A stretch of 64,000 nt of DNA, from the NCBI GenBank assembly GCA_963693365.1, contig CAVNZM010000001.1:2310907-2374906 (forward strand), in the 5' to 3' direction. Below the pieces are notes generated by a model. The model was not told the origin of the DNA. It saw nothing but the letters and a program-made list of their open reading frames with translations, and did no database searches. Numbering within the stretch: the stretch's first letter is position 1; the number at the start of each line of letters is the position of its first letter. The position numbers were made by a program, and so were the translations under genes. Source of the stretch: Amoebidium appalachense (Eukaryota > Protista > Ichthyosporea). Below are positions 41,166 to 55,553 of the stretch, in pieces.

Positions 41166-42395
41166 TGCGTGTGTGTGATTGCATGAGGGGCAGAAGGCCG
41201 GGGGGGGGGGGGGGGGGGGGGGGGATCGGACGGGGAGAGGAGGTTTAGGATGTGTTGCAGAATACGATGTGCACATTCATGACTGACAACTGATGTGAGT
41301 TGCAAGGGGAATAACGGCTATGTGCGGAGCTGGGGGGGGGGGTTGGTGAGGAAGGAAAGGGGGGGGGGGGGGGGAGGGGGTGGGGGGGCCGTATGTATGC
41401 ATGGATTAGGTGGTTTGTGGGCGCGATAGGGAAGGGTGAGTGTGCACGTGTGATCATGTTCGTGCATGTGTGTAGGGCGGGGGGTGTGTAGTGGACGTGT
41501 GCAAGGGCTCCCCAAGCCATAAGGATCATGGCCCTAAAGGCAGATATTCGGTGTGTGTGTGTGGGGGGGGGGGGGGGGGGGGGGGGGGGATCGACAATGA
41601 TAGAATGGCTGACTTTGTACTCCTAACTTATTAAGTCTGGATGTTGGTTGTGCTAACTGCAAAAAAATGAGCGAATATTGATTGTATATCTCTCTTATAT
41701 GTGGGCGGGTATTATTTTGGGAAGGGGGAGGGGATGCATGCTACCTGCAAGTTGTTGTCCGACAGGGAGAAGTTATGGAACTGTGCCATCATGGGGGACA
41801 GCAGAGAGTCTCGTTTCCGAACAGGCCCCGGCCCCTGCATGCCCATATCACCCCCCAACCCATCCATGCCCCCCTGTGCGTACGCACCAGACAGATCAAA
41901 CCTTCCGCCTCCATCCATCTGCCCCATGGCATCCTCCGTAAAGAAAAACGAATTTGCATCTCCCGCCATCGCCATAGTTATTGCCGGCTCAGCCAATAGA
42001 TTTCCGTTATACCCCATACCCGGTTGGGGGCTATGCGGACCAGGTGACAGCTGGTGAAACTGGGGTGGGTTATCCTCTGGCCTTAGGCGTGGGGATGTGG
42101 GGTAGGGGATAGTCATCCTTCGTGCCTGCTGGGGGGAGAGGATTGGTGACCGCATGGGGGATGTGCCTCTCCTTCCACGTGACTGAGCTTGTGGCGATGG
42201 GATGCTCAGTTTCAACGGCCCACCACCACCCGCCGCAGCAGCCGGGGAGAGAAGGGGGGCGGGGGAGGGGATGCGGGACATGGGGTGGGGGGCATGGCCC
42301 GGTATGGCGCCGACCAGTGGAAGGTGGTTGGTTGGGTCTGGGGATATGGGCACTGGGGGGTGCAAAGGACAGGAGTTAGGGACCATGTCGACCAT
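39476..42395 (-). CDS. Pro/Ser/Gln/Gly-rich intrinsically disordered protein (about 464 aa), function unknown
   Basis: Exons 42395-41745, 41040-40392 and 39570-39476 are phase-consistent GT-AG (1395 nt). The start is uncertain, and an upstream, probably non-coding exon ends at a donor near 46003. Confidence 0.7.
40140..40340 (-). mobile_element. Poly(C)-embedded repeat, subfamily C, about 200 bp
   Basis: The minus strand ends ...TTCCGCATTCTTTGTG-CCCC and carries ATGACATGGGTGCCCCCTGAGGATGGGTTCTGC. Intronic and flanked by G-runs. Confidence 0.65.
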
Positions 42396-42465
42396 ATGGG
42401 TGTTATGGGAACAGGAGGGGGAGGGGGGATGGATGAGGGGGCGGGGGGGATGAAAAGGGGGGAGG

Positions 42466-42518
<53 letters not shown>

Positions 42519-42564
42519 AGTTGAGGTGGACGTCCTATGAAGTGAAAGGGAAACGGAGGGGTGG

Positions 42565-42595
<31 letters not shown>

Positions 42596-42597
<2 letters not shown>

Positions 42598-43191
42598 GAA
42601 TGCGTCATAAAGTACGAAGTACACAAGAACAAACGGATAACACGATGCAGAATGCACGCCATACATAAAGAGTATGCATAATAAGCAGAGCCCATCCTCA
42701 GGGGGGGCCCACGTCATCCACAGTACCCGAGTTTCGACCTATTCACCTCGTTAACGAAACCCAACTCAGATACTGTTTCACTTGAACATGGGTAGGTCAC
42801 CCATCTTGATCAGAGACGAGTAGGGTTGCTTATGCAGGCAAGGGCAGTGGGAAAGGCCGGGGGTTAAAGTTGCAGCAGCAAGCAGAAGCAAGAAAATATA
42901 GATAGGAACTCAGGAGACGGGGCTTCTGGGAAGCTCCCCCGTCGCTACCTAAGTCGATACTTCCCTGGCTAACATACTACACCAGCTGAAAAGAATTAAG
43001 TCCCGAAGGCCGCAGAATTCGCAATCAGAGGGGAAAATATGAGATTTGACCCACACCGTAGGGTAGTAACACGCTTACTAGGGCGGAACTTTAACGTCTT
43101 CGAACGGAAAGCTATGCCCCCGGATGTCAGCCGGAAATATGGTATCACCCATTGCTTTGGGCTTGAAAAAAGTACCGATAGTCCGAGTTAT
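42596..43191 (-). mobile_element. Poly(C)-embedded repeat, subfamily A, about 596 bp copy
   Basis: Near-identical to 767-1361 and extends about 6 nt further (…GATAGTCCGAGTTAT). G-runs flank both sides. Confidence 0.8.
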
Positions 43192-43222
<31 letters not shown>

Positions 43223-43241
43223 TTTTGAGGGTCTGAAACAA

Positions 43242-43274
<33 letters not shown>

Positions 43275-43521
43275 GGGGGGGGGGCAGTTGGCGGGATAAA
43301 TCGGACCACAAATTCTAGAGCAGGTAGGGCTAATAAGCACAAACCAAGAATAAAGCCAGGAACTAGGAGCCACCTGGGATGCCTGGGTATCATAAAATCA
43401 ACAAAAACGGAGTATAAAGGACTCCCGGGCACAGTGAGCGTGATTGTGAACTATGGAAGGCATTTAAGTGTGCAGTGTATGTGTTATCTGCAGAAGTGTG
43501 TGTGTGGAGGGGGGGGGGGGG

Positions 43522-43802
43522 TTTTGAATGCGTCAAAAAGTACGAAGTACACAAGAACAAACGGATAACACGATGCAGAATGCAAGCCATACATAAAGAG
43601 TATGCATAATAAGCAGAGCCCATCCTCAGGGGGGGCCCACGTCATCCACAGTACCCGAGTTTCGACCTATTCCCCTCGTTAACGAAACCCAACTCAGATA
43701 CTGTTTCACTTGAACATGAGTAGGTCACCCGTCTTGATCAGAGACGAGCAGGGTTGCTTATGCAGGCAAGGGCAGTGGGAAAGGCCGGGGGTTAAAGTTG
43801 CA
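43522..43802 (-). mobile_element. Poly(C)-embedded repeat, subfamily A, 5'-truncated copy of about 281 bp
   Basis: Same terminus as the other copies. It breaks at ...AAAGTTGCA|GGGG where the longer copies read AAAGTTGCAGCAG. Confidence 0.8.
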
Positions 43803-43962
43803 GGGGGGGGGGGGGGGGGCGAGTATGTGTGAGTGCACGTGTGTGTGTGCATGTATGTGTGCGTGTGTGCGTGTGCGTGTATGTGTGCGTGTGTCGGTGG
43901 GGGGAGTAAGTCTGTGTGTGCCGTGTCTGTATGGTCGCGTGTGTGCATGCATGTGTACATGC

Positions 43963-43999
<37 letters not shown>

Positions 44000-44027
44000 T
44001 GCATGCTTCGTGTTGGTGGGTGGGTGG

Positions 44028-44061
<34 letters not shown>

Positions 44062-45192
44062 ATGCGTGTGGGCACGCCTGTGGGTCTGTGCACCCATGAG
44101 CATACATGACCACGTGTGCGCACTGTACGTGCCTGAGCCCGAATGTCACGCAGTGAATGTGCGCGACTCCAGAATGTCTCATACATGCAGGATCAGGGGT
44201 TTTGGGGGGTATGGGGGGGGGGGGGGATGATACGTGCGCACCACATATAATTCATGAGTAGTTGTGTGCTGGTTGTATGTGCGTGCGTCTATGCCTGAAA
44301 ACATCAGCTTGAATGGTTGCATAGATTCGATGGACAGGGAGGGCACAAGGGCAGCAGAAAGAAAGGGGTGTCTAGCATACGGTGTGGGAAGATATGGGGA
44401 GAAGGCGGGATCAGGTGTTTGAAAGAAAGCCAAAACTAGGTGTCTCTAAGCCAGGAAGCAACCAATAAGCATCCAGGTTGGTTGCAAGGGGCCCGGGGGG
44501 CTGGGAAGAGAAGGCTATAAAGCTCCGGCCACAAGATGATAGTCATAGACGGTGGGGCTGGGGGGGGGGGGGGGGGGGGGGGGAGGGGGGAGTAAGAAGA
44601 AGACAAAGCAGTTGCTAGGGAGGGGGGGGGGGGGTCACTGAATTATATGCCATAGGGGGAAAAGAGGAGGGGGGGGGGAGAAGAGGAGGGGGAGGGGGGG
44701 GGGGGGGGGTGAAAGAGATAGCAAGAATGGACAAGAACAAAGGGCACCCCCAAGGGGGAGGTAGGGCAAGGGCAGTGGCCGACAAGGCGGGCGCGGGGGA
44801 AGGGGAGGGGGGAGGGGGAAGGGGGAGGATACCATATTGAGGCTCCCCAAGGTTTGTCATGGGGGCACTCAGAGCCCTCCTCCGATTGAGAATGGGTGAC
44901 CGTTGTGGCGCATGTTTCAATCGTATGTGCTGTGGTGTGGGGGCATGTAAGTTGGGGAGACAAAAATGAAACAACAGGAGTCGGCTCAGAACCACCGTGA
45001 ATGAACTCCGCAACAGAACAATTTATAAGACCGCCAGGGATAGTAGAAGAATAAATATAAAAAGGAAAACAGGCATCCCTCATAGCTGAAAGAAGAGAAT
45101 GGCGTTGCAGTGTGCTCTACACCAAGGCTTTAGTGTGTGCATAAGCTTTGTGCCTGTGTAGGTCTGAGGGTGTGATTGGGTGGGTAGGTGGG

Positions 45193-45231
<39 letters not shown>

Positions 45232-47936
45232 GGGAGGGCGGGGGGAGGGGGGGGGGGGCTTGTGTGTGCGCGCACCCGTGTGCGTGTGTGTATGTGTGTG
45301 TATGTGTGTGTGTGTGTGTGTAGGTGGGTGGGTAAGTGAGTGGTTTGTGTGTATGTGTGCATGTGTGTCTACGTGTGTGCGTGTGTGTGAGGGGGGGGGG
45401 GGGGGGGGGGGGGGGGGTGTGGCATGCATGTGCGCGCACCGTTGTGTGCGTGCATGCGTGCACGCACGAGTGTGTGTAGGGATGTGTGTGTTAGTGTGGA
45501 TGTGTGTGTGTATGTGCGTGTGTAGGCGGTGTGTGCTCATGCGCGTGCCTGAGTGTGTGTGTGTTGTGTGTGTGTATGTTTGGGGGGGGGGGGGGGGGGG
45601 GGGGGTAACAGTATGTGTGTATACATGTGTCTGTGTGTGCATTCCTGTGTCACATTGGCATCAAGCCTGTCTGTACGTGTGTGTGTGGGTGGGTGCGGTG
45701 AATTTGGAAGGGGTGGCGCGGTGGAGGGGTGAGGTGTATTCAGGCAGGTGGGTGGGTGGGTGGTGTGTGGGTGTGGCCACCGTATGTCTCCGCTTGTCTT
45801 GTGTGTTTGCGCTTGTCTAATTGTGTCTGCCTGTGCAATAGTGTCGTGTTGGGGTTGCTCTGTTATGAAATTATGACCGGTTCGTGTATGCGTAACCACC
45901 CAGGTCGCAGTGTGTGCTGTGTTTTTGTGTTTCTCGCTAGGTACTGACCATATTCAAGCATGTCCACAAGCCATGTCACCACAAACACAGCAGCCAGCTC
46001 ACCTGGTTCAGAGAGTGCTCCGTAGCATACGGCCTCTGACATTGGTCGCAGACGAAATCCCTCTTCAGTTCAGCAAAAGTGCGCCTGTGTCTTCGCTTTT
46101 TCTCATGTTCCCCTGCTGCTGACCCCCTCATGCGAACCCGGTGTGGTTAGATCATCGTCCAGAAAAGAATCGTCATCCTCATCAATATTTCCCAGGTCAT
46201 TCATCCCCCCAGCCTTCGGTGGATCGTCGGTTGACTCACTCATCTTCAGTAATAGATCTCGCTTTACTACAAAAAAAAAAAGGTTTACGATGTCGATGCA
46301 GCGCTGCCAAGAAGCTCCACATATGGATACTGGGTAGGATGGTCTTGTACGTTTGTGCAGTAACAGTGTGGCCGGCCCCGCCCGGCCCAGCCTTAGTTAT
46401 TTCAGTAGCGAAGAAAAGAAGCTATAAAGGTTATCTCAGTGCTCCTTTGCCTTTCAAAGGAAGCTATGTATGAAATATGTCGGGTGTTTTCCTTTTCTTT
46501 CCAAACCTATCATAGTCTAAGTTTTTCCCAGTCCAGATTCCTTGTGCTAAGTAAAGGATAAAACGCCAGTGGTAGCCCCAAAAAAAAACAGACTTGTTCG
46601 TGGCACGCTCACACAGCCAAGTTGGCCAACTCCTCCGCCTTCACAAAATTTCACACGCTGTGAACAGCACAGACAGACAAGTAAGTGCCTATGTTTTACC
46701 CCTACATCCATTCCACAGACACACACACACACACACCGAATCGGAGTCAGTTTGCCGAAGTGTCACGTGACGATGACGTAAACTTCGACACAGGGATATC
46801 GATGTACATTGACCGACCGACCGCGGGCTAGCCAATGGTCTTTCGGTGGCGAAGGTGAGCAGTATGATTCTTACGAGTTTATTCGTGGTAAATAGATTTT
46901 TAATAGACTTATTTTTTTGGTTGCACTTTCGCAGGAATAGTATTCAATATGTCTTTGTTTTTCCACTCTTTCGTGGAAGCCTCTGCTGGCGCCTGCGGCC
47001 TGCCGCTAGCACTAGGCCTGCCGGCCGGATGCGATGATGACGTCACGTGGCTCACATTCCAGGGATCCAATTGTCTTGTAGCAATAGAATTTCTTGCCGC
47101 GTTCCGATTGGGTCATTACAATTTGCAGGGAGCAGATGCTCTTGGAGTCTTGGGACATGGTGGAGTCTTCATAGGGTTTCTCAGGCTGGAATCTACTTTT
47201 TTATATAGGCTCTATTTATTATTATGGTCTATTCAAAACTACTCTATTACTAATGTTACAACTTTATTCACTCTTATCTTTTCTTGCTGATTGCTAGGAC
47301 GGTCTAGTAGGACCTGAGAACTTGGAGTTACCTGGTTGTACAAGGCGACCTATGATTGGGCCCCGTTAACGGTTATCAAGAGATTGCAAGCCCCACTCAA
47401 TCGAAAGATCATAGACATTAGGAAAGTAAATTAATCATTCTTCATCTTACATTTTACCCTTTATTAGATTTATGTACATTATTCTCGATTTTTTTTACTT
47501 CATTGCACACCCATTCTGTAGTGTTTCTTGTGTGCGCGCTGTAGACTCTGTCACAGTGTGCATGCACGATAATCTATTGGTTAAAGGTCACATTTCCGGA
47601 TTTCCCTGTACGTCGGGTATCCCGGCAACCAATCACTTGTAAGCACCATCTCTCTCGAGATTTCGTACCCCGTCATAGCCCTGCGCACACAAAAAGGTGC
47701 CCTTCATTTGCTCCGACAGTGTCATCCGCCCTTCTAAGCTAGTTGAATAGAAGAGTTTAGTGGTTACCAAATAGTTCCACTTGGCGAACTAGATAGAAAA
47801 AGTTCGAGCTGGCATCTGTTGTGCTGAAGTAGGAGGTTGAATAGACCAAGACTGTGCTTTCTTAGTGAGTGCGCTACAAGTGCTCTTTGAAACCACCACT
47901 CAGTTTTTTCCCCTTGCTCCCAGCAAACAAAACATA

Positions 47937-48001
<65 letters not shown>

Positions 48002-48030
48002 ACATTTTTCATACTCACTATTTTGTTAAG

Positions 48031-48630
48031 ATGTTAGCACACGCAGCGGCTACACATAACGTAAGGGGGGGCAACACCTACCCGACCCCTGGTTCAAGTG
48101 TGCGCGTGTACTCCGTTCCCGAATACATTGAGACAAGTAGTTTCTCAAGTTGTGGTGCCAGTGTAAACGGTGATGATGCAAGCTTCGAAGACATGACTGC
48201 AAACCCCTTTCACGGAGAACAGAACGACTCCGCTAATGAATTGGCTAACGCACTTGCTATGTCACAATTGAAATCCTGCGACCACTATAGGCAAAGCTCA
48301 GATCCGGCAGCTTTCCATGGTGGTGATAGTGACGTGACAAAGGCCTTTTCTAGACATAGCTCCAGCCCTGCACGAACGTCACTCAGACGCACAGGTCCGC
48401 CCAAGAAGAAAACTGCGCTTGGGTGGAGTGGGTTCAATAAGGGCATAACGGACAACTATCTGAACGTGGATGGGTCGACCATTAGTGAAAGTTCACCGTG
48501 TGTGGGCCGCGAACAGAAGGAGCTCATGGTGGCTGCCAAGCAACGACACACAAAGGGTGGGTACTCTCTGGATATCTCATTGTTTTCGCCCCTTTTCCTG
48601 ATGTGTCTTTTTGTGTTGGTGGGTGTTGGT

Positions 48631-48668
<38 letters not shown>

Positions 48669-50171
48669 CGTTTTGTTGGTTCTTGAATAATATTGTTTTT
48701 GAAACATGTTGCATCTGTGGGTAGAGGATACTAAGGAAGGACAACATAGGCTGAGGGCGCAATAAGCGGGACCGGAGAAAGAGGTGGTCACAGAGGCAGG
48801 GGAACAAAGTGCAGAAGTGGAGGCGAGCCTCGTTGTGGAGGAGGCGAGAAAATGTAGTTTTGGGGAATTCTTTTTTTTTTTTTTTTTTTTTTGGTGTGGG
48901 TTGGGACTGAAGAAAGGAAAAACATTGCGCCTGACACGTTTTGGTGCAGAGGCTCTGCAGGAAATGTCTCTTGAACAGTTGGCTGCCCTCTCATCACACC
49001 TCGTGCTGCTCGTGGGAGGTAGGCAAACCGTTCCCGTTGCTCTTTCCTTTTTTGTTTTGTTGGGCTCTTCCCATGGCTGCTTGATTCAATAGGAATGAAA
49101 TGCATATTCTGCACACTTGCGCTGGGAGATGCAAGCTGCTGCTTGCCATCCCTGTGAGGTTCCAATGCTGCTGGGTCTCTTTGAGTTTAGTGATGCTCGT
49201 TTGTAGATTTGTGTGGCCATGTTGTGCATTGTGAATGGTCACAATACGTGTGTTTTAAGCAGCTGTGAGGCCCTTGACTGTATCTCCCTTCGATGGCCTT
49301 GGAAATATGTGGCGCCGGAAAAATTAGTGTAGAGTCGTTCGATGCTGTACGCGCCTAATCAACCTGCCGTTCAATCTAATAGCTTTTTTCTTATTTTCTT
49401 TGCTTTTGCAGCTGCCACGGAGGATCTGAACGACAGCAAAAAGGACGGGCGGTCTCTGAAAACAGAGAACGAGACTCTGTGCCAACGAATGGCCGAGGCG
49501 TGTGATCGCATCAATGAGGAAACCCTGCAGACGGCACAAGGTGAGTGTTTACCTGTGAAGATGGGCATGTGAAGTTGGCTCTGGAGGGTGAGGGATGTGT
49601 GTGCACAGCAAGAACAACACTGTTGCCTGCGCTCGAGTGTGCATGTGCGAGGGGATGCACGTGTCTGTGTGCACTCGTTTGTGTGTGTGGGGGGGGGGGG
49701 GGGGGGGGGGAGAGAATGGGGGGTGAGCGGGGCTGTTTGGGGGGGGAAGGGGGGGGGATTCAACCTTACTTCTTAGATTTGGCTGTGCAATAGAAGGAAA
49801 AATGGGTTGGGGGAATATTTGGAAAAAGGAGAAAGGGGAAGGGGGGGGTGGGCAGGGAGGGAAGCATTGCAAGGGTACAATGCAGAAGGAGACCTAAGTG
49901 CAGCCATAAGCTGGGATGTTTCTTGTCAGCAATGGTTTGCATCTCTGTTCAACCGTGCGTGTGTGTGTGTGCGTGTGCGTACGTGTCACGGTGCTCGTGT
50001 GTGTATGGGTGTGTTTGTGTGCTCTCGGGGTGTGTGTGTGTGTTTGTGTGTCCACCATTTGTTATGTGAACCTGTGGGGCATAATTCTCACTTTGTCTTG
50101 TGTCTGCAGCGTGCCTGGCAAGGACGACATCACCATCGTCAGACCCGGTCGGCATGAAGGCTTCCTTTTGA
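48031..50171 (+). CDS. Hypothetical protein with Ser-rich N-terminus and C-terminal coiled coil; 3' end uncertain
   Basis: Phase-consistent exons 48031-48556, 48950-49018 and 49412-49540 (EALQEMSLEQLAALSSHLVLLVGAATEDLNDSKKDGRSLKTENETLCQRMAEACDRINEE). The next exon starts at 50110 and either terminates at 50171 or reads VPGKDDITIVRPGRHEGFLLRQRG via an extra exon. Confidence 0.6.
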
Positions 50172-50438
50172 GACAAAGAGGGTGAGGGTGCAATGATAGG
50201 GTGGGAGAGTGGAGGTACAGGTGGTGGGGGTGGTGGGACTGTGTGGTGGTTGGTTTCCATGTGACTGGGGTGTTGGGAAGGTGAGGTGCAGGTGCCGGGG
50301 GGACGAGGGTTTCGTCGATTGTGGCTTATTTCTTTGCATTGTCCACACGGGTGTGAGTGTGCAAGAACGATAAGAATGGCTTTTTTTTTTTGTAATTTTC
50401 CCATCGAACTGGCCCTTGCGTGTGTGTAGTGGTGGCGG

Positions 50439-50477
<39 letters not shown>

Positions 50478-51472
50478 GTTTGGTTTGGTTTGGTTTGTGT
50501 GTGCGTGTGTGTTTGGGGGGCGGGGAGGGGGGGGGGTCGTAGGGGGGTCGTAGGGGGGTCACACGGATGGATGATAGAGACCACTTTCTTGCCAGTAGCA
50601 TTCAAACCCTAAACCTTAAATTTATCTCTCTCATTTGTTAATAGTGAAATGTCTTGATATCATGACCGTAACCTTTTGCCAACGGGCCACGTTCGCAAAT
50701 TGACATATGATGCATGATCCTGGTTTGGTTTTTTTTTATTGTTTTTTTTTTTGTTTTGTTTTTTTTTAAATAATCTGCTTGAATGCCAATATACATACAT
50801 AAGATGAAGTTCATTCTGATGGTTCCATCTTCTCGCTGTGCGGGGTTAAAGAGGGTGGCGTGCTGGCTGGCTCCTGCACGATTATTTTCTATTTGGTATG
50901 ATAATCTCCGAGGTTTGAAAGCTGAAGGGAATAAATGAACTAAAAAACCGTCAAACTTTGGTTTCCTGAACGGCTGACTGAGTGTTGCTGCGGGCTGAAA
51001 ACATGGAAAGGTGCCTGCACTACGGACACCTGAAATGTAGGACACGTGGATATGGAGTGTGTATCTTGTGGGGCAGCTAACCCCTAGCCCTCCAACACAT
51101 GCGCGCACGCACACAAAAAAAAAAAAAAAGAAAATGACACACACACACACACACACAAACACACAATGGCGACCATTCCCACCACCAGCAGCACAACACC
51201 TCAATTACCATCGCCAAACTTTCACGGTGGTTGCGTTGTTTGGACAGGGAAATCTGATGTAGCAACATGTAAATGATAGTTCACTTTTGTTATGTTACAT
51301 TTCCTACCTTTTTGTTTGTTTTCCATGAGGGAATATGTAACTATGGGCCTCAGAGACTTTATATCCATGGTCTGTCCAGTGGGCGGATCTGGGTTGATGG
51401 GTGGGTGTATGTTATGTTTTTTTTTGTGGATGCTCGTGTATTGTACATCACCTTTGGCGGATGTGTGTTTGT

Positions 51473-51525
<53 letters not shown>

Positions 51526-51587
51526 CGCGCATGTGTGTGTGTGTGCGCGCATTCTTGTTTAGGTGGGGGGTGCACGGGGGGTGGGGA

Positions 51588-51621
<34 letters not shown>

Positions 51622-51787
51622 CGGGGGGTGGTTTTAAATACGTCCACTGTCTAGGTCTGTGGACATCGGTTTGTATCAATATACTTTTTACTTCTTCTAG
51701 CGCATGAACCTTTTCGAACTGTTGTCCATTATATTTGTGCTGGGGCTTTCCGAGGCTCCTCCCGTCCCCCTCTTTTTTTTTTTTTTT

Positions 51788-51837
<50 letters not shown>

Positions 51838-52184
51838 TACAGATATTAATGGTGCATCAGTGTGTGTTCAAGTTGGGCCCATCCGCAACTAAGTGATAAA
51901 CAGGTTTCCTAACACTAGAAGCAGGTGCATATGATGTTCAATTACCCCTTAGGCTCGTACATGGGTACACACGTCTCCATTGACTCACTCTTTCTCCCCC
52001 ACTTTCCCTCACCCCTCCCCTCCTCGAGGGATCCCCTCTCTCCCCCCCCCCCCCCCCCCCCCCCCCCCCCACCCCCCTCCTCCTCCGTCCTGGCAATGCA
52101 TCACGTGTGTCCTATTATAATGTAGGGAGTGCAATGGTCACGACAATGGTGATGGTCCGGAGCGGCTGGAGGGAGGAGGAGGGA

Positions 52185-52229
<45 letters not shown>

Positions 52230-52320
52230 CGTCGAGATTCATGTATTGCATATCAATGACTCATGTTCAAGTGCCCCGCTGCAACGGCCTACTGCATGCA
52301 AGGTGCTACACTCACCAACA

Positions 52321-52406
52321 CTACACACTTGCAGCAGATACATTTTTGATCCATAGCTCGTTTTCGAGTTGCTGTATTAGCTGCATAGATTCCTGATCCC
52401 ATGGGT
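52321..52406 (-). CDS. Possible terminal coding exon of a small unresolved gene
   Basis: CAG acceptor, then DPWDQESMQLIQQLENELWIKNVSAASV*, then a GTGAGT donor 5 nt after the stop. A candidate upstream micro-exon with a GTAAGT donor lies near 53909-53925. Confidence 0.3.
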
Positions 52407-52556
52407 CTGGTGATGGAGGAAACGCAGGGGAGGTGGCTGATATGATATGGGGAGGTTGGGGTGGGAAAAACGGTTTCTGCTTTCGGATGTGTGTGTTGGG
52501 GTATGGATAGAGAGGTGGGTGGGTGGGGCGGAGGGGGTGTGGGCCAGGGGGGGAGT

Positions 52557-52596
<40 letters not shown>

Positions 52597-52695
52597 GCTG
52601 CCCAACTTTAGGGCCACTGGGCCTCAGGGAGGCGAGAAAGGGGGAAATGCATCTGTGTGTGTCGTGCCTATCGGAGAGATTCGTTGGGGGGCCCG

Positions 52696-52734
<39 letters not shown>

Positions 52735-52856
52735 GTTGGCACATATATTGGTGGGGAATGTAGATCCGTAGAGCCTTATTGAAAATTCACCAGGATTGAT
52801 ATAATAGGCTAGAAGAAGACGCCACAGGTTACTGGGGAGGATGGACATAGGCAGAC

Positions 52857-52946
<90 letters not shown>

Positions 52947-53038
52947 TTGGCCCAGGTTGGGTGGGTGGACAGCCTGGGAGTGGGGAGGAGGGGAGGGGGG
53001 GGTAAAGGTGGGGAGGAGGCCGGGAGGGGCTCGGGGGA

Positions 53039-53069
<31 letters not shown>

Positions 53070-53324
53070 AATCAACAGGAATTTCTTGAGCTGGAAGAGT
53101 CATTCCCACAGCCTTAGACAATCTTGCAAATGGGTGGTTTCCGTGCTAGTTTGTAATGTAGATGTTTATCTAGGAAGCGATCTTCTATTTTCGGCCAATG
53201 GGGCCACAATGCAGCCTACAAGTTGATTTGCGGTCCCCTTTAACTCCCGTTCCTGGGGGGCGGGGGCCGGGGGGAGAAGGTGGTGGCGGTGGTGGTGGTG
53301 GTGGTGGTGGTGGTGGTGGTGTGT

Positions 53325-53374
<50 letters not shown>

Positions 53375-53592
53375 TTATGCCTGTAGAAGCTGGGAGCACT
53401 CAGGGATGATACACGACTTAAAGGGCATGTATGGTAGTACAGCCGTTTCGAATTAGACCTAGCTAGAGTGTTTATGAACTTTAACTTCATATCACCCCAC
53501 AATGTGCGAGGTTTTCACGTGAGAGTCTAGGGAGACGGCCTAGCGCAAAAATTGCTCGGTGCAAAAAACTCTCGGGCACTTTTTTTTTCTTT

Positions 53593-53638
<46 letters not shown>

Positions 53639-54024
53639 GGAGAGGGGTGGAGGGTGGGGAGGGGGGCGGGGAGGGGGAGAGGGGGGGGAAATGGGAGAGG
53701 GGGGAGTATGTGTGGGGTGGTGGGCGGGGGGAGGGGGGGGGGGGGGGGGAGGGTTAGGGGGGGTAGCTGGAGGGGGAAGGGGAGTGAGGGGAAAGTATGA
53801 CCGACGGAACAGTGTGCGTGTGTGTGGGGGGGAGGGGGGGGGGGGGGGGGGGGGGAGGGCTGGGCTGGTGGTGTGGAAGAGTGCTGGCAAGGAGATCATT
53901 GCACTTACTGTTGCCTTGCCTCCGGCTATTGAGTAGCAAGTGCCCATCATTGCAAAAAAAAAAAGAAATGTCTGCATGGGAATTCTAACATGTACGTTGG
54001 CTAACCCAGCGGCGGTGGTTGTCC

Positions 54025-54083
<59 letters not shown>

Positions 54084-54966
54084 AAGGGGGGAAGGGGAGG
54101 ATAGCGGGGAGGGAGGGGGGATGGGGAGAGGAGACCGGGCGAGGGGGTTGGGGGAGTGGGAGGAGGGGGAGGGGGGGGGGGGGGGGGGGGAAGGGGGGGG
54201 GGGGGGGGGGGGGGGGGGGGGAAGGGGGGGTAACCGGAAACGAAGAGAAAGAAATCAAAGACCTTTGACAGCATTTACATTTTGCATGTCCCAGCGGAGA
54301 CACATGTTTACACGAAATATGTATTGCCAAAATATAGTTCTTTAACTAACACAGCGACAGTTCCAGAGTTAAGTGCAAGTGCCCACACATACACGCACGC
54401 TGTATGCACACACAGGTCGATTATACACCACACAAACACAGTAGGTCTGAGAGTTCACACACAAACATGCACACGTACAGTTACACGCTGTGGCAGCTCA
54501 ATGCACATCATGAACAGACACACATGCACGCCACGTGCTATCGGATTATGAGGGGTTTACTTTTTGTGTAATGTTTTCACACACATTGCGTGCATGCATG
54601 CCAACACGTGCACATACGTGAACAATAAATTGCGAACTCGGAGCACGTACTAGCAGAGATAATGATCTTTTTACGTAATGACATGTTTATCTCACGATAC
54701 AATGTCCACAGCATGATAGAATTATTATGCTGTTGACTCTCCTTTGCATGTGCTATGGTAGCCATACAGGGTTTCTATGCACAGAACCGGAACTTCCTCT
54801 ATACAACAACTTCAATCCAGAAGGCTACGTGTCACGTTCTCCACACTGATATACACTAACATTACAACCGGTTGTGTATCCTATTTCACACCGTGATAAC
54901 ATATATAAAGAGTAACCGAGTCGCTTACTCAAAGGCCTTTACAGTCACCAATCATGTCTGTAGCAG

Positions 54967-55013
<47 letters not shown>

Positions 55014-55144
55014 ACAGTCCCCTCCGTTCCCACATCTCCCATTTTTGTCCACCTTTTCTATCATATACTACAGATCTTGCTTTACTGCAACTAAAAAAAA
55101 ACACTCCATCCAGCTGCCCTTTAGCATTGCATGCAACTGGTACT

Positions 55145-55500
55145 TCATGCTGAGTACTTGCACACGAGCATGTTGTCCAGGGCCACCTGGTTGCTGTACT
55201 GCGCCTGGTCGCAGTCCTTGTACTTGCCGTGGCACTTGCCGCCTTGTGTTCTGATTACCACCTTGTCGACCTTCTCAAACTGCACTGCCAGCTGCTGGGG
55301 TTCCCCGGCCGGAGGAATGCTGAAGGACTTGATGGTGAGCCGGGTGCCGGCCCGGAAAGCTGCCATCTGGACCTGTGACAGAAGATTTGGTTTGGGGGCT
55401 GAGCCTCGATGACCGTTTTAAAAAATTATGTGTTATCGGCACGGTGAGGCTGCAACCTTTGTTTTGTGCGGAGCCATTGGTGCTGCAAACATATATATAG

Positions 55501-55553
<53 letters not shown>

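Noticed and set aside
50600-50620. Telomere-like AAACCCT units (also near 12395)
   Set aside because: Fewer than two full units, consistent with chance.
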